Part shown: one piece after another, positions 47,085-57,086 of the stretch
Layout: the number at the start of each line of letters is the position of its first letter
How positions within the stretch are numbered: position 1 is the stretch's first letter
Assembly: GCA_963674745.2 (NCBI GenBank)
Contig: CAXXDV010000001.1
Span: forward strand, 2,336,001 to 2,400,000
Direction: 5' to 3'
Origin: Desulfosudaceae bacterium
GTDB lineage: Bacteria; Desulfobacterota; Desulfobacteria; Desulfobacterales; Desulfosudaceae
Length of the DNA: 64,000 bases
Notes under the pieces: model-generated
Databases searched by the model: none
What the model was told of the DNA's origin: nothing
The model's input: the letters and a program-made list of their open reading frames with translations, nothing else
Program-made: the position numbers and the translations under genes

Positions 47085-48248
47085 ATGAATTTGGATGATA
47101 TCAAAAAAGTAGCAGTTATCGGTTCTGGAGCCATGGGCAATGGTATTGCCCAGATCTGTGCCATGGCCGGGTTGCAGGTGACCATGGTGGACATCAAGCA
47201 GGAATTCGTTGACCGTGGTATGGCCACCATCAATAAAAGCCTGGATTTTCTGGTCGGCAAAGGCAAACTGTCCGCTGAAGATAAGGACGGGGTGCTTAAA
47301 AATCTGTCTACTTCCCTGAATAACGCGGAAGCGGTGGCGGACGTCCAGGCTGTAATTGAGGCGGTTCCGGAGATCATGGACTTAAAGAAAAAGGTTTTTG
47401 GGGAAATATCAGAAGCCGCCCCTGCGGATGCACTGCTGGCGACCAATACCTCGACCATGAGCATTACCGAAATCGCTTCGGCCGGAAAAAACCAGGAACG
47501 GATTCTGGGAATGCATTTCTTCAATCCTGTCCCGGTCATGAAGGGCGTGGAGATTATTTACGGCGATAAGACCTCTGATGCCAGCGTGGATCTTCTCTGC
47601 GAACTGACCACGAAAATCAAGAAAATTCCCATCAAGGTCCTCAAGGATGCGCCTGGATTTATCGTCAACCGTATCGGCGCGCCAAATCAAGCCCTGATCA
47701 ACGCCCTCCTGGATGAAGGCAAAGTCAAGCCCGACACGATTGACGCCATCATGAAACAGACGGGCATGCCCATGGGGCCCTTTGAACTGGCGGATTATGT
47801 CGGTATCGATGTTTTCTATCACACGCTCAAGTACTACGCCGAAACGCTTTCTGCGGATTTTACTCCCGGTAAAACACTGCAGGGTTTGATGGACAGCGGC
47901 AACCTGGGCATGAAATCCGGCCAAGGGATCTACACCTGGGTAGATGGCAAAGCCCAGATCGATTTGTCTGAACCGTCCCAGGAAATCGGCCCCATGGATT
48001 TTCTGGCCATTCAGATCAATGAGGCTGTTCGGGTCTACAAAGAAAAAATCGCGGCGTCCATAGACGATATCGACCAGGGTATGGTGCACTGCATGCGGGC
48101 TTTTGCCGGTCCCTTCGCCCTGACCGCGGGCATGGAACCCCAGCAACTGGCCGACGCCCTGAACAAACTGCATGATCGTTTCGGTCTGGCCATTTATAAG
48201 CCTGAGCCGGAAATCGTCGACGGGTCATACAAGACCTTGGGCAAGTAG
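47085..48248 (+). CDS. 3-hydroxyacyl-CoA dehydrogenase
   Basis: GSGAMGNGIAQ, IEAVPE, ATNTST, GMHFFNP, PGFIVNR, PMGPFELADYVGID. Confidence 0.95.
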   Translation: MNLDDIKKVAVIGSGAMGNGIAQICAMAGLQVTMVDIKQEFVDRGMATINKSLDFLVGKGKLSAEDKDGVLKNLSTSLNNAEAVADVQAVIEAVPEIMDLKKKVFGEISEAAPADALLATNTSTMSITEIASAGKNQERILGMHFFNPVPVMKGVEIIYGDKTSDASVDLLCELTTKIKKIPIKVLKDAPGFIVNRIGAPNQALINALLDEGKVKPDTIDAIMKQTGMPMGPFELADYVGIDVFYHTLKYYAETLSADFTPGKTLQGLMDSGNLGMKSGQGIYTWVDGKAQIDLSEPSQEIGPMDFLAIQINEAVRVYKEKIAASIDDIDQGMVHCMRAFAGPFALTAGMEPQQLADALNKLHDRFGLAIYKPEPEIVDGSYKTLGK

Positions 48249-48277
48249 TTTATTAAAATAAATCAGTTAATTGCAAT

Positions 48278-48316
48278 GCGGGGGGGCGACGGACAGTCGT
48301 TTCCCCGCTTTTTTTT
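48278..48316 (+). terminator. Rho-independent terminator of the beta-oxidation operon
   Basis: GC-rich stem GCGGGGGGGCGAC/GTCGTTTCCCCGC followed by T8. Confidence 0.8.
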
Positions 48317-48356
48317 GGTGGGGAAAAATGCTGATGTCAAAAAAGACCGAATTGTA

Positions 48357-48435
48357 TTGACAAGATATTAATATGGTTATAGACTGACTATTTTGATGTA
48401 GGGGCCTAAAAAGGGCTTTTGCAACATGTTGAAAA
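48357..48435 (+). promoter_or_regulatory. acs operon promoter and palindromic site
   Basis: TTGACA-N17-TAGACT (48357-48385) and TTTTGCAACATGTTGAAAA (48417-48435). Confidence 0.55.
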
Positions 48436-48570
48436 TAAAGGATATTTACACATTGAGTGTTTATGTATATTAGGGCTATTAAATGGCTGGTCGGTTAAGG
48501 CAGGGGGGTTGGTCTTCTGCCCGGCGCCGACAGCCGCGACAAAGAACGTATTTTTTATAAGGAGGTAGCT

Positions 48571-50100
48571 GTGGGTTTTGAAATGACGAAAGAAGCTTAT
48601 GCCGGCAGCATAAAGGAAGTCTCCTTCGGTAAAGGCAAAACTGCCGTTAAAGTCGGAGGGGAAACGAGTTATCCCTTTTATCTGTTCGAAGGTGAAATGC
48701 CGAATAAGCCCAAAGTGGCTATGGAAATTTGGGACATGGAACCGGATGACTGGCCTGAATGGGCTGTGGCACCGTTCAAGGATGTTATTGCCGATACCGG
48801 GGCCTGGGCCAAAAAGTGCGTCGAAAAATTCGGCGCGGATTTGATCGTACTGCAGATGAAAAGCACGGATCCCAACGGGAATAACACCAGTGCCGCCGAC
48901 GCGGTCGCGACCGTCAAAAAAGTGGTCGGCGCTGTCAAGGTCCCGGTTATTATCTGGGGGACCGCCAATGTTGAAAAAGATGAAGAAGTCTTTAAAAAGG
49001 TAGCCGAGGAATGCCAGGACGTTCAGTTGACCATGGGTCCGGTGGAAGAAAAAAATTATAAAGGGATTGGCGCCGCCGCCATGGGTTACGGCCATGCCGT
49101 TATCTCTTCTTCTCCGATTGACGTCAACCTGGCCAAGCAGATCAATATTCTGCTGGAAAACCTGGGTATGCCCATGGAACGGGTTATCATTGATCCCACC
49201 ACCGGTGGTCTGGGTTACGGCCTCGAATATTCCTACTCTGTCATGGAACGTCTGCGTGCGGCAGCCATGAGCCAGGGTGATGACAAGCTTCAGTTCCCCA
49301 TGATCAATAATCTTGGTAACGAGGTCTGGAGATGCAAAGAAGCCAAGCAGCCGGTTGATGAAGCGCCTACGCTGGGTGATCCGGAAAGGCGGGCCATTCT
49401 GATGGAAGCCGTCGGTGCCGCGACCTACCTGATGGCCGGCAGCGATATCTTGATCATGCGGCATCCGGAATCGGTTCGTATGGTGCGTGCCTTTATTGAC
49501 AAACTGACCGATGGCGGTTCACTGTCCGATCTGGCCGGTATTGAAAAACTGCTCGACGAAGCCAAGGTTGATTACGCCGCGCTGGCACCCAAACCGGATC
49601 TGACCATCGAAGAAGAAAAGAAACCCGCGCCCAAGAAAGCGGCCCCGGCAGCCAAGAAAGCTGCACCGGCAGCCAAGAAAGCCGCCCCCAAGGCCGCGCC
49701 CAAGGCCGCCCCGGCGGCAGCAGCAGCTCCGGCAGCGGCAGCTCCGGCAGCCCCGGCAGCCCCGGCAGCCCCGGCAGTCGATGCTGCGGCAGTAGCCAAA
49801 GCCGAAGCCGAAGCCGCGGCCAAAGCCAAAGCCGAAGCCGAAGCCAAAGCCAAAGTTGAAGCCGAAGCCAAGGCCAAGGCCGAAGCCGAAGCCCAGAAAA
49901 AGGCCGAAGCTGAAGCCCGCGCTAAACGCGATGAAGAGGAAAACGCCCTGCGCCTGAAACGGGCCGAAGAGAAGGCCCAGGCAGCGGCGAAGCGGAAACC
50001 GACGGTCAAGTCGACCATCAAAGTAACGGCGGCCGGCGATGTGATGTCCGGGCTGGACGAGATCCTCGCTAATCTGGATCGGTTCCACAAACGCGGATAA
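48571..50100 (+). CDS. acsD: Corrinoid Fe-S protein small (delta) subunit with long Ala/Lys/Pro/Glu-rich tail
   Basis: VGGET.YPFY.FEG, SPIDVNLAKQ.NI, DPTTGGLGYGLEY.YSVMER.R, MRHPE. Confidence 0.95.
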   Translation: MGFEMTKEAYAGSIKEVSFGKGKTAVKVGGETSYPFYLFEGEMPNKPKVAMEIWDMEPDDWPEWAVAPFKDVIADTGAWAKKCVEKFGADLIVLQMKSTDPNGNNTSAADAVATVKKVVGAVKVPVIIWGTANVEKDEEVFKKVAEECQDVQLTMGPVEEKNYKGIGAAAMGYGHAVISSSPIDVNLAKQINILLENLGMPMERVIIDPTTGGLGYGLEYSYSVMERLRAAAMSQGDDKLQFPMINNLGNEVWRCKEAKQPVDEAPTLGDPERRAILMEAVGAATYLMAGSDILIMRHPESVRMVRAFIDKLTDGGSLSDLAGIEKLLDEAKVDYAALAPKPDLTIEEEKKPAPKKAAPAAKKAAPAAKKAAPKAAPKAAPAAAAAPAAAAPAAPAAPAAPAVDAAAVAKAEAEAAAKAKAEAEAKAKVEAEAKAKAEAEAQKKAEAEARAKRDEEENALRLKRAEEKAQAAAKRKPTVKSTIKVTAAGDVMSGLDEILANLDRFHKRG

Positions 50101-50183
50101 GCCGGAGACCGGCTGAAAATATAGTGATTCGGCGGATAAGCCGAGAAAAAATCAAGTTGACATAATATGAGGAGGAACCTCTG

Positions 50184-52220
50184 ATGGCAGATGAAGAAAA
50201 AAAAGTAGCAGCCAAGGCTCCCAAAACCCCGAAGCTGGCTGATCCCATCAAGGCGTCCATCGATCCTGCAACTCAGCAGATGATCGCCCGGGCCCAGGAA
50301 CTGGGAATTGACACTGTTTTTGACAGAGCCGAAGCTATGAAACCCTGCGGTATCGGTATGCAGGGGATTTGTTGTAAAAACTGTTCCATGGGCCCCTGCC
50401 GGCTGCCTCTCCCTAAGGGGGGAATCGTGGGTGAAGACACACGTAAAGGCCTGTGCGGCGCCACCGCCAACACCATCGCGGCCCGGAATTTTATCCGCAT
50501 GATCGCCGGCGGCGCGTCCGCCCATTCCGATCATGGTCGTTGCGTGGCTGAAGTCTTTTTGTCCGCGGCCCGTAAGGAAACAGAAGCTTACAAGATTAAA
50601 GATACCCAGAAACTGCTGGCCGTGGCCGAGGCGCTTGAGGTGGCCACCACGGTGGAAGTGGACGGAGAAACCAAAGCCAGGGACATGGATGAGATCGCCC
50701 TGGAAACCGCTGAAAAAGCAATGGCCGAGTGGGGCAAACCCGAAGGCGAACTGATTTATGCCAAGCGCGCTCCGGCCCCGCTTTATGAAAAATGGAAGAA
50801 AAACGGCGTTATCCCCAGAAACATTGATCGGGAAATCGTCGAAATCATGCATCGCACCCACATGGGCGTGGACCAGGACTATCGGAACCTGATGAAGCAG
50901 GGCACCCGGGCCGCCATCGCCGATGGTTGGGGCGGTTCCATGCTGGCCACTGACCTGCAGGACATTATTTTCGGGACACCGACGCCGGTTCAGTCCGAGG
51001 CCAATCTGGGCGTCATGAAAGAAGATCATGTTAATCTTATTTTGCATGGTCATGAGCCGGTTCTGTCCGAAATCGTCGTGGCGGTAGCTCAGTCCCAGGA
51101 GATGATCGACTATGCCAAGAAAAAAGGCGCCAAGGGAATTCAGCTCAGTGGTATCTGCTGTACGGCCAATGAAATCCTGCAACGGCATGGTATCCCGACC
51201 GCGGCCACCTTCCTGCAGCAGGAACTGGCCATTATCACCGGTGCCTGTGATGCCATGGTCGTGGACATTCAGTGTATCATGCAGAACCTGGCCAATGTGG
51301 CCAAGTGCTTCCACACCAAGCTGATCACCACCCACCCCATCGCCAAGATGGAGCAGGATAATGTCATTCATATCGAGTTTGACGAACATCATGCCATGGA
51401 AGACGCCAAGAAGATCGTCAAGCTGGCCATCGATAACTACGAAAACCGTCGGACCGAGGTCATGATCCCGCGGCACAAGTCGGCGCAGGTGGCCGGCTTC
51501 GGCGTAGAGTCCATTGAGTACCATCTGGGCGGCTCTTTCCGAGGCACCTATTATACCCTGAACGACAACATCATCAACGGTCGTATCCGGGGTATTGCCG
51601 GTGTGGTCGGTTGTAACAACGCCCGCACCCGTCACAATGAAGGTCATATCACCGTCGTAAAAGAACTCATCAAGAACGATGTCATCGTTCTGACCACCGG
51701 TTGTAACGCCATTGCCTGCGCCATGGAAGGTCTGTTGACGCCTGAATCCGCCGGTGTCTACTGCGGTCCGGGTCTGGCTGAGGTCTGCGAGACCGTCGGG
51801 ATCCCCCCGGTACTTCACCTGGGTTCCTGTGTGGATAACAGTCGGATTCTGCTGGCGGCCACCGAAGTGGTCAAGGCCGGCGGCCTGGGCAATGATATCT
51901 GCGATCTGCCCGCGGCCGGAAGTGCGCCCGAATGGATGAGCGAGAAAGCCATCAGCATCGGCCATTATTTTGTGGTTTCGGGTGTCTATACGGTCTTTGG
52001 CGTGACCCTGCCGGTGGACGGTGCGCCGGTATTCCAGGATCACCTTTTTAAAGACTACGAGAAACTGTACGGCGGTATGTGGGACCTGGAAGTCGATCCC
52101 ATCAAGCATGCCCACAAGATGATCGCCCACATCGACAAAAAGCGGAAGGCGCTGGGTATTGACAAGGCCAGAGAACGTGTCCTCATGGATATGGCCGATC
52201 GTCAGGCACTGGAAGCTTAG
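50184..52220 (+). CDS. acsA: Anaerobic carbon monoxide dehydrogenase catalytic subunit (AcsA/CooS)
   Basis: CCKNCSMGPC, CGAT, HSDHG, HGHEP, GICCTANE, VDIQC, VVGCNN, TTGC, GSCVDNSR, EWMSEKA. Confidence 0.97.
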   Translation: MADEEKKVAAKAPKTPKLADPIKASIDPATQQMIARAQELGIDTVFDRAEAMKPCGIGMQGICCKNCSMGPCRLPLPKGGIVGEDTRKGLCGATANTIAARNFIRMIAGGASAHSDHGRCVAEVFLSAARKETEAYKIKDTQKLLAVAEALEVATTVEVDGETKARDMDEIALETAEKAMAEWGKPEGELIYAKRAPAPLYEKWKKNGVIPRNIDREIVEIMHRTHMGVDQDYRNLMKQGTRAAIADGWGGSMLATDLQDIIFGTPTPVQSEANLGVMKEDHVNLILHGHEPVLSEIVVAVAQSQEMIDYAKKKGAKGIQLSGICCTANEILQRHGIPTAATFLQQELAIITGACDAMVVDIQCIMQNLANVAKCFHTKLITTHPIAKMEQDNVIHIEFDEHHAMEDAKKIVKLAIDNYENRRTEVMIPRHKSAQVAGFGVESIEYHLGGSFRGTYYTLNDNIINGRIRGIAGVVGCNNARTRHNEGHITVVKELIKNDVIVLTTGCNAIACAMEGLLTPESAGVYCGPGLAEVCETVGIPPVLHLGSCVDNSRILLAATEVVKAGGLGNDICDLPAAGSAPEWMSEKAISIGHYFVVSGVYTVFGVTLPVDGAPVFQDHLFKDYEKLYGGMWDLEVDPIKHAHKMIAHIDKKRKALGIDKARERVLMDMADRQALEA

Positions 52221-52261
52221 TGGATATTATATGAATAAAAGCCTCAACGAAGGAGGACAAT

Positions 52262-54473
52262 ATGTCTAAGTTAGTTGCGTTTGCCGCCATTCAGGGCGGT
52301 TATAAAGTGGTATCCCAGGTGGAGGGCGAGTTGCGGAATGCGCTTGAATCCATGAGCGCGGATACCAAGGTGGAATTTCCCAATACCGGTTATTACCTGC
52401 CGGTTATTTACTCCCTGCTGGGCATGAAGGTCGAGACACTGGAAGATCTCCAGGCGCCCATGGCCTATGCCCGTAAACTGCTGCCCCCGCACATCAAGGG
52501 CAAAAATTATCTGCCTTACCTCGGGCCGCTGCTGGATGCCGGTATGGCTTCCATCCTGGCCTATGAAATCAAGGAAGCCTTAAGAATCGTCAAACAGCCT
52601 GATTTTTATTTCCCCGAGGAAGACCCGGATCTGGAAAACGGTAAAAAATGGGTCGGTCCGGCCGACGACGTTATCTTGAGAAAGCGTGGCGTGGAATTCG
52701 TGGACGGTTCAGCCCCGGGCTTTGCGGCCATGGTCGGCGCGGCCCCGAATCCCGAGATCGCCAAGATGATCGTGGAAGATTATCAGAAGCGCAATCTTTA
52801 TATTTTCTGTGCCGCCAATCACAACGGCACCACCATCATCGATCAGCTCATTGAAGCCGATGTTCAGATCGGCTGGAACACCCGTATCGTTCCGTTTGGT
52901 CCGGATATCTCATCGGCCGTATTCGCCCTCGGGTTTGCCAACCGGGCCGCCATGGCCTTTGGTGGTGTCCAGCCCGGCGATTACAAAAAGATCCTGATGT
53001 ACAACAAGAACCGTATTTTTGCTTTTGTCAACGCCCTGGGTGATATTGGTACCGAATGGGGTTGCGCGGCTGCCGGCTGCGTCAACTGGGGCTTCCCCAC
53101 CCTGGCGGATACGGATATTCCTGAAATTCTGCCGACCGGTATCTGTACCTACGAGCACGTGGTGGCCAATGTGCCTCATGAAGAAATGGTGCAGCGGTCC
53201 GTGGAAGTGCGCGGCCTGAAGGTTACGGTTTCCGAGATCGATATTCCCTGTTCATTCGGTCCGGCCTACGAGGGCGAGCGGGTCCGCGGTAAGGACCTTC
53301 ATTCCCAGATGGGCGGCGGCAAGACCCAGTGCACCGAGCTGGTCAAGTCGGCCGACATGAAGGAAATAGAAGACGGCAAGGTGATCGTGGTGGGCAAGGA
53401 TATTCCGGATCTGAAGGAAGGCGATACCCTGCCTCTGGGCATCTTTGTACAGATCGCCGGCCGCGAGTTCCAGGCGGACTTTGAGCCGATCCTGGAACGT
53501 CAGATCCACCATCTGGTCAATTATATTCAGGGCATTATGCATATCGGTCAGCGTGACATCTCCTGGGTCCGGGTCGGTAAGCCCGCTGTGGAAAAGGGCT
53601 TTACCTTGAAAGACATCGGCGTGGTGCTGCATGCGAAAATGCATCAGGACTTCGGCAAGATTCTGGACAAGGTCCAGGTAACGCTTTACACCGATAAAAA
53701 GGATGTGGACAAGCTCACGGCTACCGCGCGCGCCGAGTACAAGATGCGTGACGAGCGTGTCGACAAGATGACCGACGAAGATGTGGAAACCTACTACTCC
53801 TGCACCCTGTGTCAGTCCTTCGCCCCCAACCATGTCTGCTCCGTCAGTCCCGAGCGGACCGGCCTGATGCGGCGCTTACAACTGGATGGACTGCAAGGCA
53901 TCTTACGAGATCAATCCCACCGGCCCCAACCAGCCCATTATCAAGGGCGAATGTATCGATCCTGTGTTGGGTCAGTGGAAGGGCGTCAATGATTTCGTCT
54001 TTAAGGCATCTCGTGGTGCGGTTACCCATTATAACTTTTATTCCATGGTTCATGACCCCATGACCACCTGCGGCTGCTGCGAATGCATTGCGGCTACGCT
54101 GCCGGGCTTAAATGGTGTCATGACGGTCGGTCGCGATTACACCGGTGAGACTCCTTGCGGCATGAAATTCACCACCCTGGCCGGTGTTATGGGCGGCGGC
54201 GCGGTTTCACCGGGCTTTGTCGGCCACTCCAAGTTCAACATCACCCAGGGTAAATTCATCAAGGGTGACGGCGGACTGCTGCGCATGGTCTGGATGCCCA
54301 AGATGCTCAAGGAAGAACTCAAGGAGCGCATCGAAGCCCGTGGTAAAGCCATGGGTGTCCCGGATCTTTACGACAAGATCGCTGATGAAACCGTAGGCAC
54401 GACCGAAGAAGAAATCCGGCCGTTCCTGGAAGAAAAGGGCCATCCCGCGCTTTCCATGGATCCGCTCATGTAA
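52262..54473 (+). CDS. acsB: Acetyl-CoA synthase (AcsB/CdhC), frameshifted at ~53867 in this sequence
   Basis: ORF 52262-53992 carries FPNTGYYLP and YSCTLCQSFAPNHVC. The GAYNWMDC and PMTTCGCCEC motifs continue in the frame of ORF 53886-54473. Confidence 0.93.
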
Positions 54474-54575
54474 GCATGCGATTATCGGGACCGGGAGCTT
54501 TCCCGGTCCCTTCTATCGCATTCCGGGATTATTATCTGTATATTGATTATAGAATAAGCATATAAGGAGAGAAAA

Positions 54576-55922
54576 ATGGGTTTAACCGGAATTCAGATAT
54601 TCAAGCTCCTGCCGCAGACAAACTGCAAGGAGTGCGGGGCACCCACCTGCCTGGCCTTTGCCATGAACCTGGCGGCCGGAAAGGCAGAGTTGGACAGTTG
54701 CCCGTACGTATCGGATGAAGCAAGGGAACAGCTGGCAGAGGCCTCCGCGCCCCCCATTCGTCCCGTAAAAATCGGTAAGGGTGTTCGCGGCCGCGTTGCC
54801 GGCGGTGAGACAGTTCTTTATCGACATGAAAAAACCTTTTATAATTCGACCATCCTGGCGGCCCAGGTCAATGGCGATATTGCCCCCAAAGACCTGGAAT
54901 CCAAGCTGAAAGCCTGGAACGCCATTCAGTATGAGCGGGTCGGTTTGAACCTGCGGCCGGAAGTCGTGGCCGTCAAAGACACCGGTGATGCCAAAAAGTT
55001 TGCCGCTACAGCCAAGGTCATCGCGGAAACATCGGAATTCAACGTCATCCTGATGACCGAAGATGCGGCTGCCATGAAAGCCGGTGTTGAGGCCTGTGGC
55101 TTCAAACGCCCACTGTTGTATGCCGCGACTAAAGATAATGTCGACGATATGGGCGCCATCGCCAAAGATGCCGACCTGCCTCTGGCCATCAAGGCCGGGT
55201 CTGTTGACGAACTGGTGGAACTGTCCGACAAACTGACCGCCGCCGGGATCAAGGACCTTGTCCTGGATTCAGGTGCCCGGGAAGTCAAACAGGCGCTGGA
55301 AGATCAGGTCGCCATGCGCCGTGCTGCCTTAAAAGCGCAGAATCGTTCTTTGGGTTTCCCGACCATTGCCTTTGCCAATGAAATGGCGGGCAACGCGGAT
55401 GTTGAAAGCATGATCGCCGCCATGTTCGTCGCCAAGTACGGCGGCATCGTCGTCCTGTCGGACTTTACCGGTGAAACGGTCTTTCCGTTGTTGCTGGAAC
55501 GGCTGAACCTCTTTACCGACCCGCAGCGGCCCATGACGGTCACCGAGGGTATCTACGAAATCAATAACCCGGGCGAGAATTCACCGGTGCTGGTCACCAC
55601 TAACTTCGCCCTGACCTATTTTATCGTTTCCGGTGAAATTGAAAACAGCAAGGTTCCGTCCTGGCTGCTGATCAAGGACTCCGAGGGGCTTTCTGTTCTG
55701 ACTGCCTGGGCGGCCGGAAAATTTGCCGGCGATGATGTGGGCGCTTTTGTCAAAAAGTGCGGCATTGCCGACAAGACGAAAACCAGAGAGCTGATTATTC
55801 CGGGCTATGCCGCGGCTATTACCGGTGAGGTAGAAGAAGAACTGCCTGACTGGAAAATTACCGTCGGCCCCCGGGAAGCACCGCATCTTCCCGCGTTTTT
55901 AAAAGATAAAGCAGGCAAATAA
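54576..55922 (+). CDS. acsC: Corrinoid Fe-S protein large (gamma) subunit
   Basis: LPQTNCKECGAPTCLAFAM...CPY, YRHEKTF, TDPQRP, TTNFALTYF, SVLTAWAAGKF. Confidence 0.97.
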   Translation: MGLTGIQIFKLLPQTNCKECGAPTCLAFAMNLAAGKAELDSCPYVSDEAREQLAEASAPPIRPVKIGKGVRGRVAGGETVLYRHEKTFYNSTILAAQVNGDIAPKDLESKLKAWNAIQYERVGLNLRPEVVAVKDTGDAKKFAATAKVIAETSEFNVILMTEDAAAMKAGVEACGFKRPLLYAATKDNVDDMGAIAKDADLPLAIKAGSVDELVELSDKLTAAGIKDLVLDSGAREVKQALEDQVAMRRAALKAQNRSLGFPTIAFANEMAGNADVESMIAAMFVAKYGGIVVLSDFTGETVFPLLLERLNLFTDPQRPMTVTEGIYEINNPGENSPVLVTTNFALTYFIVSGEIENSKVPSWLLIKDSEGLSVLTAWAAGKFAGDDVGAFVKKCGIADKTKTRELIIPGYAAAITGEVEEELPDWKITVGPREAPHLPAFLKDKAGK

Positions 55923-56022
55923 ACAGGCTGATAGCATAAGATAATCCGGGAAAGACAGGCCACCCGGCCCGCCTTTCCCGGATATCTGTAACTAACCAAC
56001 CAGAAAATAAAGGAAGATCGCT

Positions 56023-56907
56023 ATGTTACTTATTGGTGAAAGCTTGAACGTCATTTCCAAAAAGATCGGTACGGCGTTCAAGGAACGTGACCCCAAGCCG
56101 ATCCAGGAAGAGGCCCTGGACCAGAAAGCCAGAGGCATGGATTACATTGATATTAACCTTGGGCCGGCCAAGAAAGACGGTCACGAGTTAATGCCCTGGG
56201 TCATCCAGACCGTGCAGGAAGTGGTTGATGACATACCCCTGGCGCTGGACAGCTCTAATATTGATGCCATTGAAGCGGGTTTGAAAGTTTATCAACCCAC
56301 CTCTCTGCCCCCCCTGATCAATTCCATCATGGCCCGTCCCGAGCGTTATGAAAGAATGATTCCCCTGGCAGCCGAGCACAAGGCCGATTTTATCGCCCTG
56401 ATGTGGGGCCCGGATGGCATGCCCCGGGATGAGAACGAGCGGGCCGCCCTGGCCGTGGAACTGATGACCGTGGCCAATGAGGTCGGTATTGGGAACGAGA
56501 ACATGTGGTTTGACGGCATTGTTACCCCGGTCAATGTTCAGCAGGATCAACTCATGAGCCTGTTGAATTTCCAGATGATGATCGGTGATATCGCGCCCGG
56601 TTGCAAAAGTACCTGCGGCCTGTCCAATATCTCCAACGGTCCCCCTTCACATCTGCGCCCGATCCTGAACCAGACTTACATGATCATGCTGGAACGCTAT
56701 GGCATGTTTTCGGTCATTTCCGATCCCCTGGATGAAAAACTGACCGAAATCGCCAAGGGCGGTCGTCAGGATATCCGTGACGTGGTTCTGGCGATCATGG
56801 ACGGAGAAGATCCGGATGTGGGCACCAAGGAGCTTCAGGACTATGCAAAAACCGCTAAGGTTATCCTGGGCCACACCCTCTACTCAGACTCCTGGCTGGA
56901 AGTTTAG
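56023..56907 (+). CDS. acsE: Methyltetrahydrofolate:corrinoid Fe-S protein methyltransferase (pterin-binding barrel)
   Basis: IGESLN, YIDIN, LDSSN, INSI, CGLSNISNG. Last gene of the acs operon. Confidence 0.88.
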   Translation: MLLIGESLNVISKKIGTAFKERDPKPIQEEALDQKARGMDYIDINLGPAKKDGHELMPWVIQTVQEVVDDIPLALDSSNIDAIEAGLKVYQPTSLPPLINSIMARPERYERMIPLAAEHKADFIALMWGPDGMPRDENERAALAVELMTVANEVGIGNENMWFDGIVTPVNVQQDQLMSLLNFQMMIGDIAPGCKSTCGLSNISNGPPSHLRPILNQTYMIMLERYGMFSVISDPLDEKLTEIAKGGRQDIRDVVLAIMDGEDPDVGTKELQDYAKTAKVILGHTLYSDSWLEV

Positions 56908-56936
56908 TCACGAGCGTTACAAGTCGTTTATATTAC

Positions 56937-56990
56937 AAAAGCCCTTTTCCGGTGGTTGCCTTAGTCTGCCGGGGAAGGGCTTTTTGTTTT
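56937..56990 (+). terminator. Rho-independent terminator of the acs operon
   Basis: AAAAGCCCTTTTCCGG ... CCGGGGAAGGGCTTTTT then GTTTT. Confidence 0.8.
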
Positions 56991-56994
56991 CAGT

Positions 56995-57030
56995 CCCTTG
57001 ACCCCTCGAACCCTTGACCCCTTGAACCCT
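56995..57030. repeat. CCCTTGAC/CCCTCGAA-type octamer tandem array
   Basis: Four octamers of the same family as 11245-11296 and 40675-40711. Confidence 0.8.
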
Positions 57031-57086
57031 TTATAATGATCATATTTGCAAAGTCGAACATTAAAAAATGAAAGGGATGATATCGT

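Noticed and set aside
49572..52130. 852-aa minus-strand ORF and other long antisense ORFs (48406-49464, 58699-59691, 47409-48173)
   Set aside because: They shadow well-supported genes on the opposite strand (acsD/acsA, TIGR03545-like, HAD), have no recognisable motifs, and are expected from GC-rich codon bias.
53864..53870. TGA inside acsB as a possible selenocysteine codon
   Set aside because: The TGA is not in the upstream acsB frame. The intact TGC Cys codon follows, and the defect is a one-base frame change rather than an in-frame stop.
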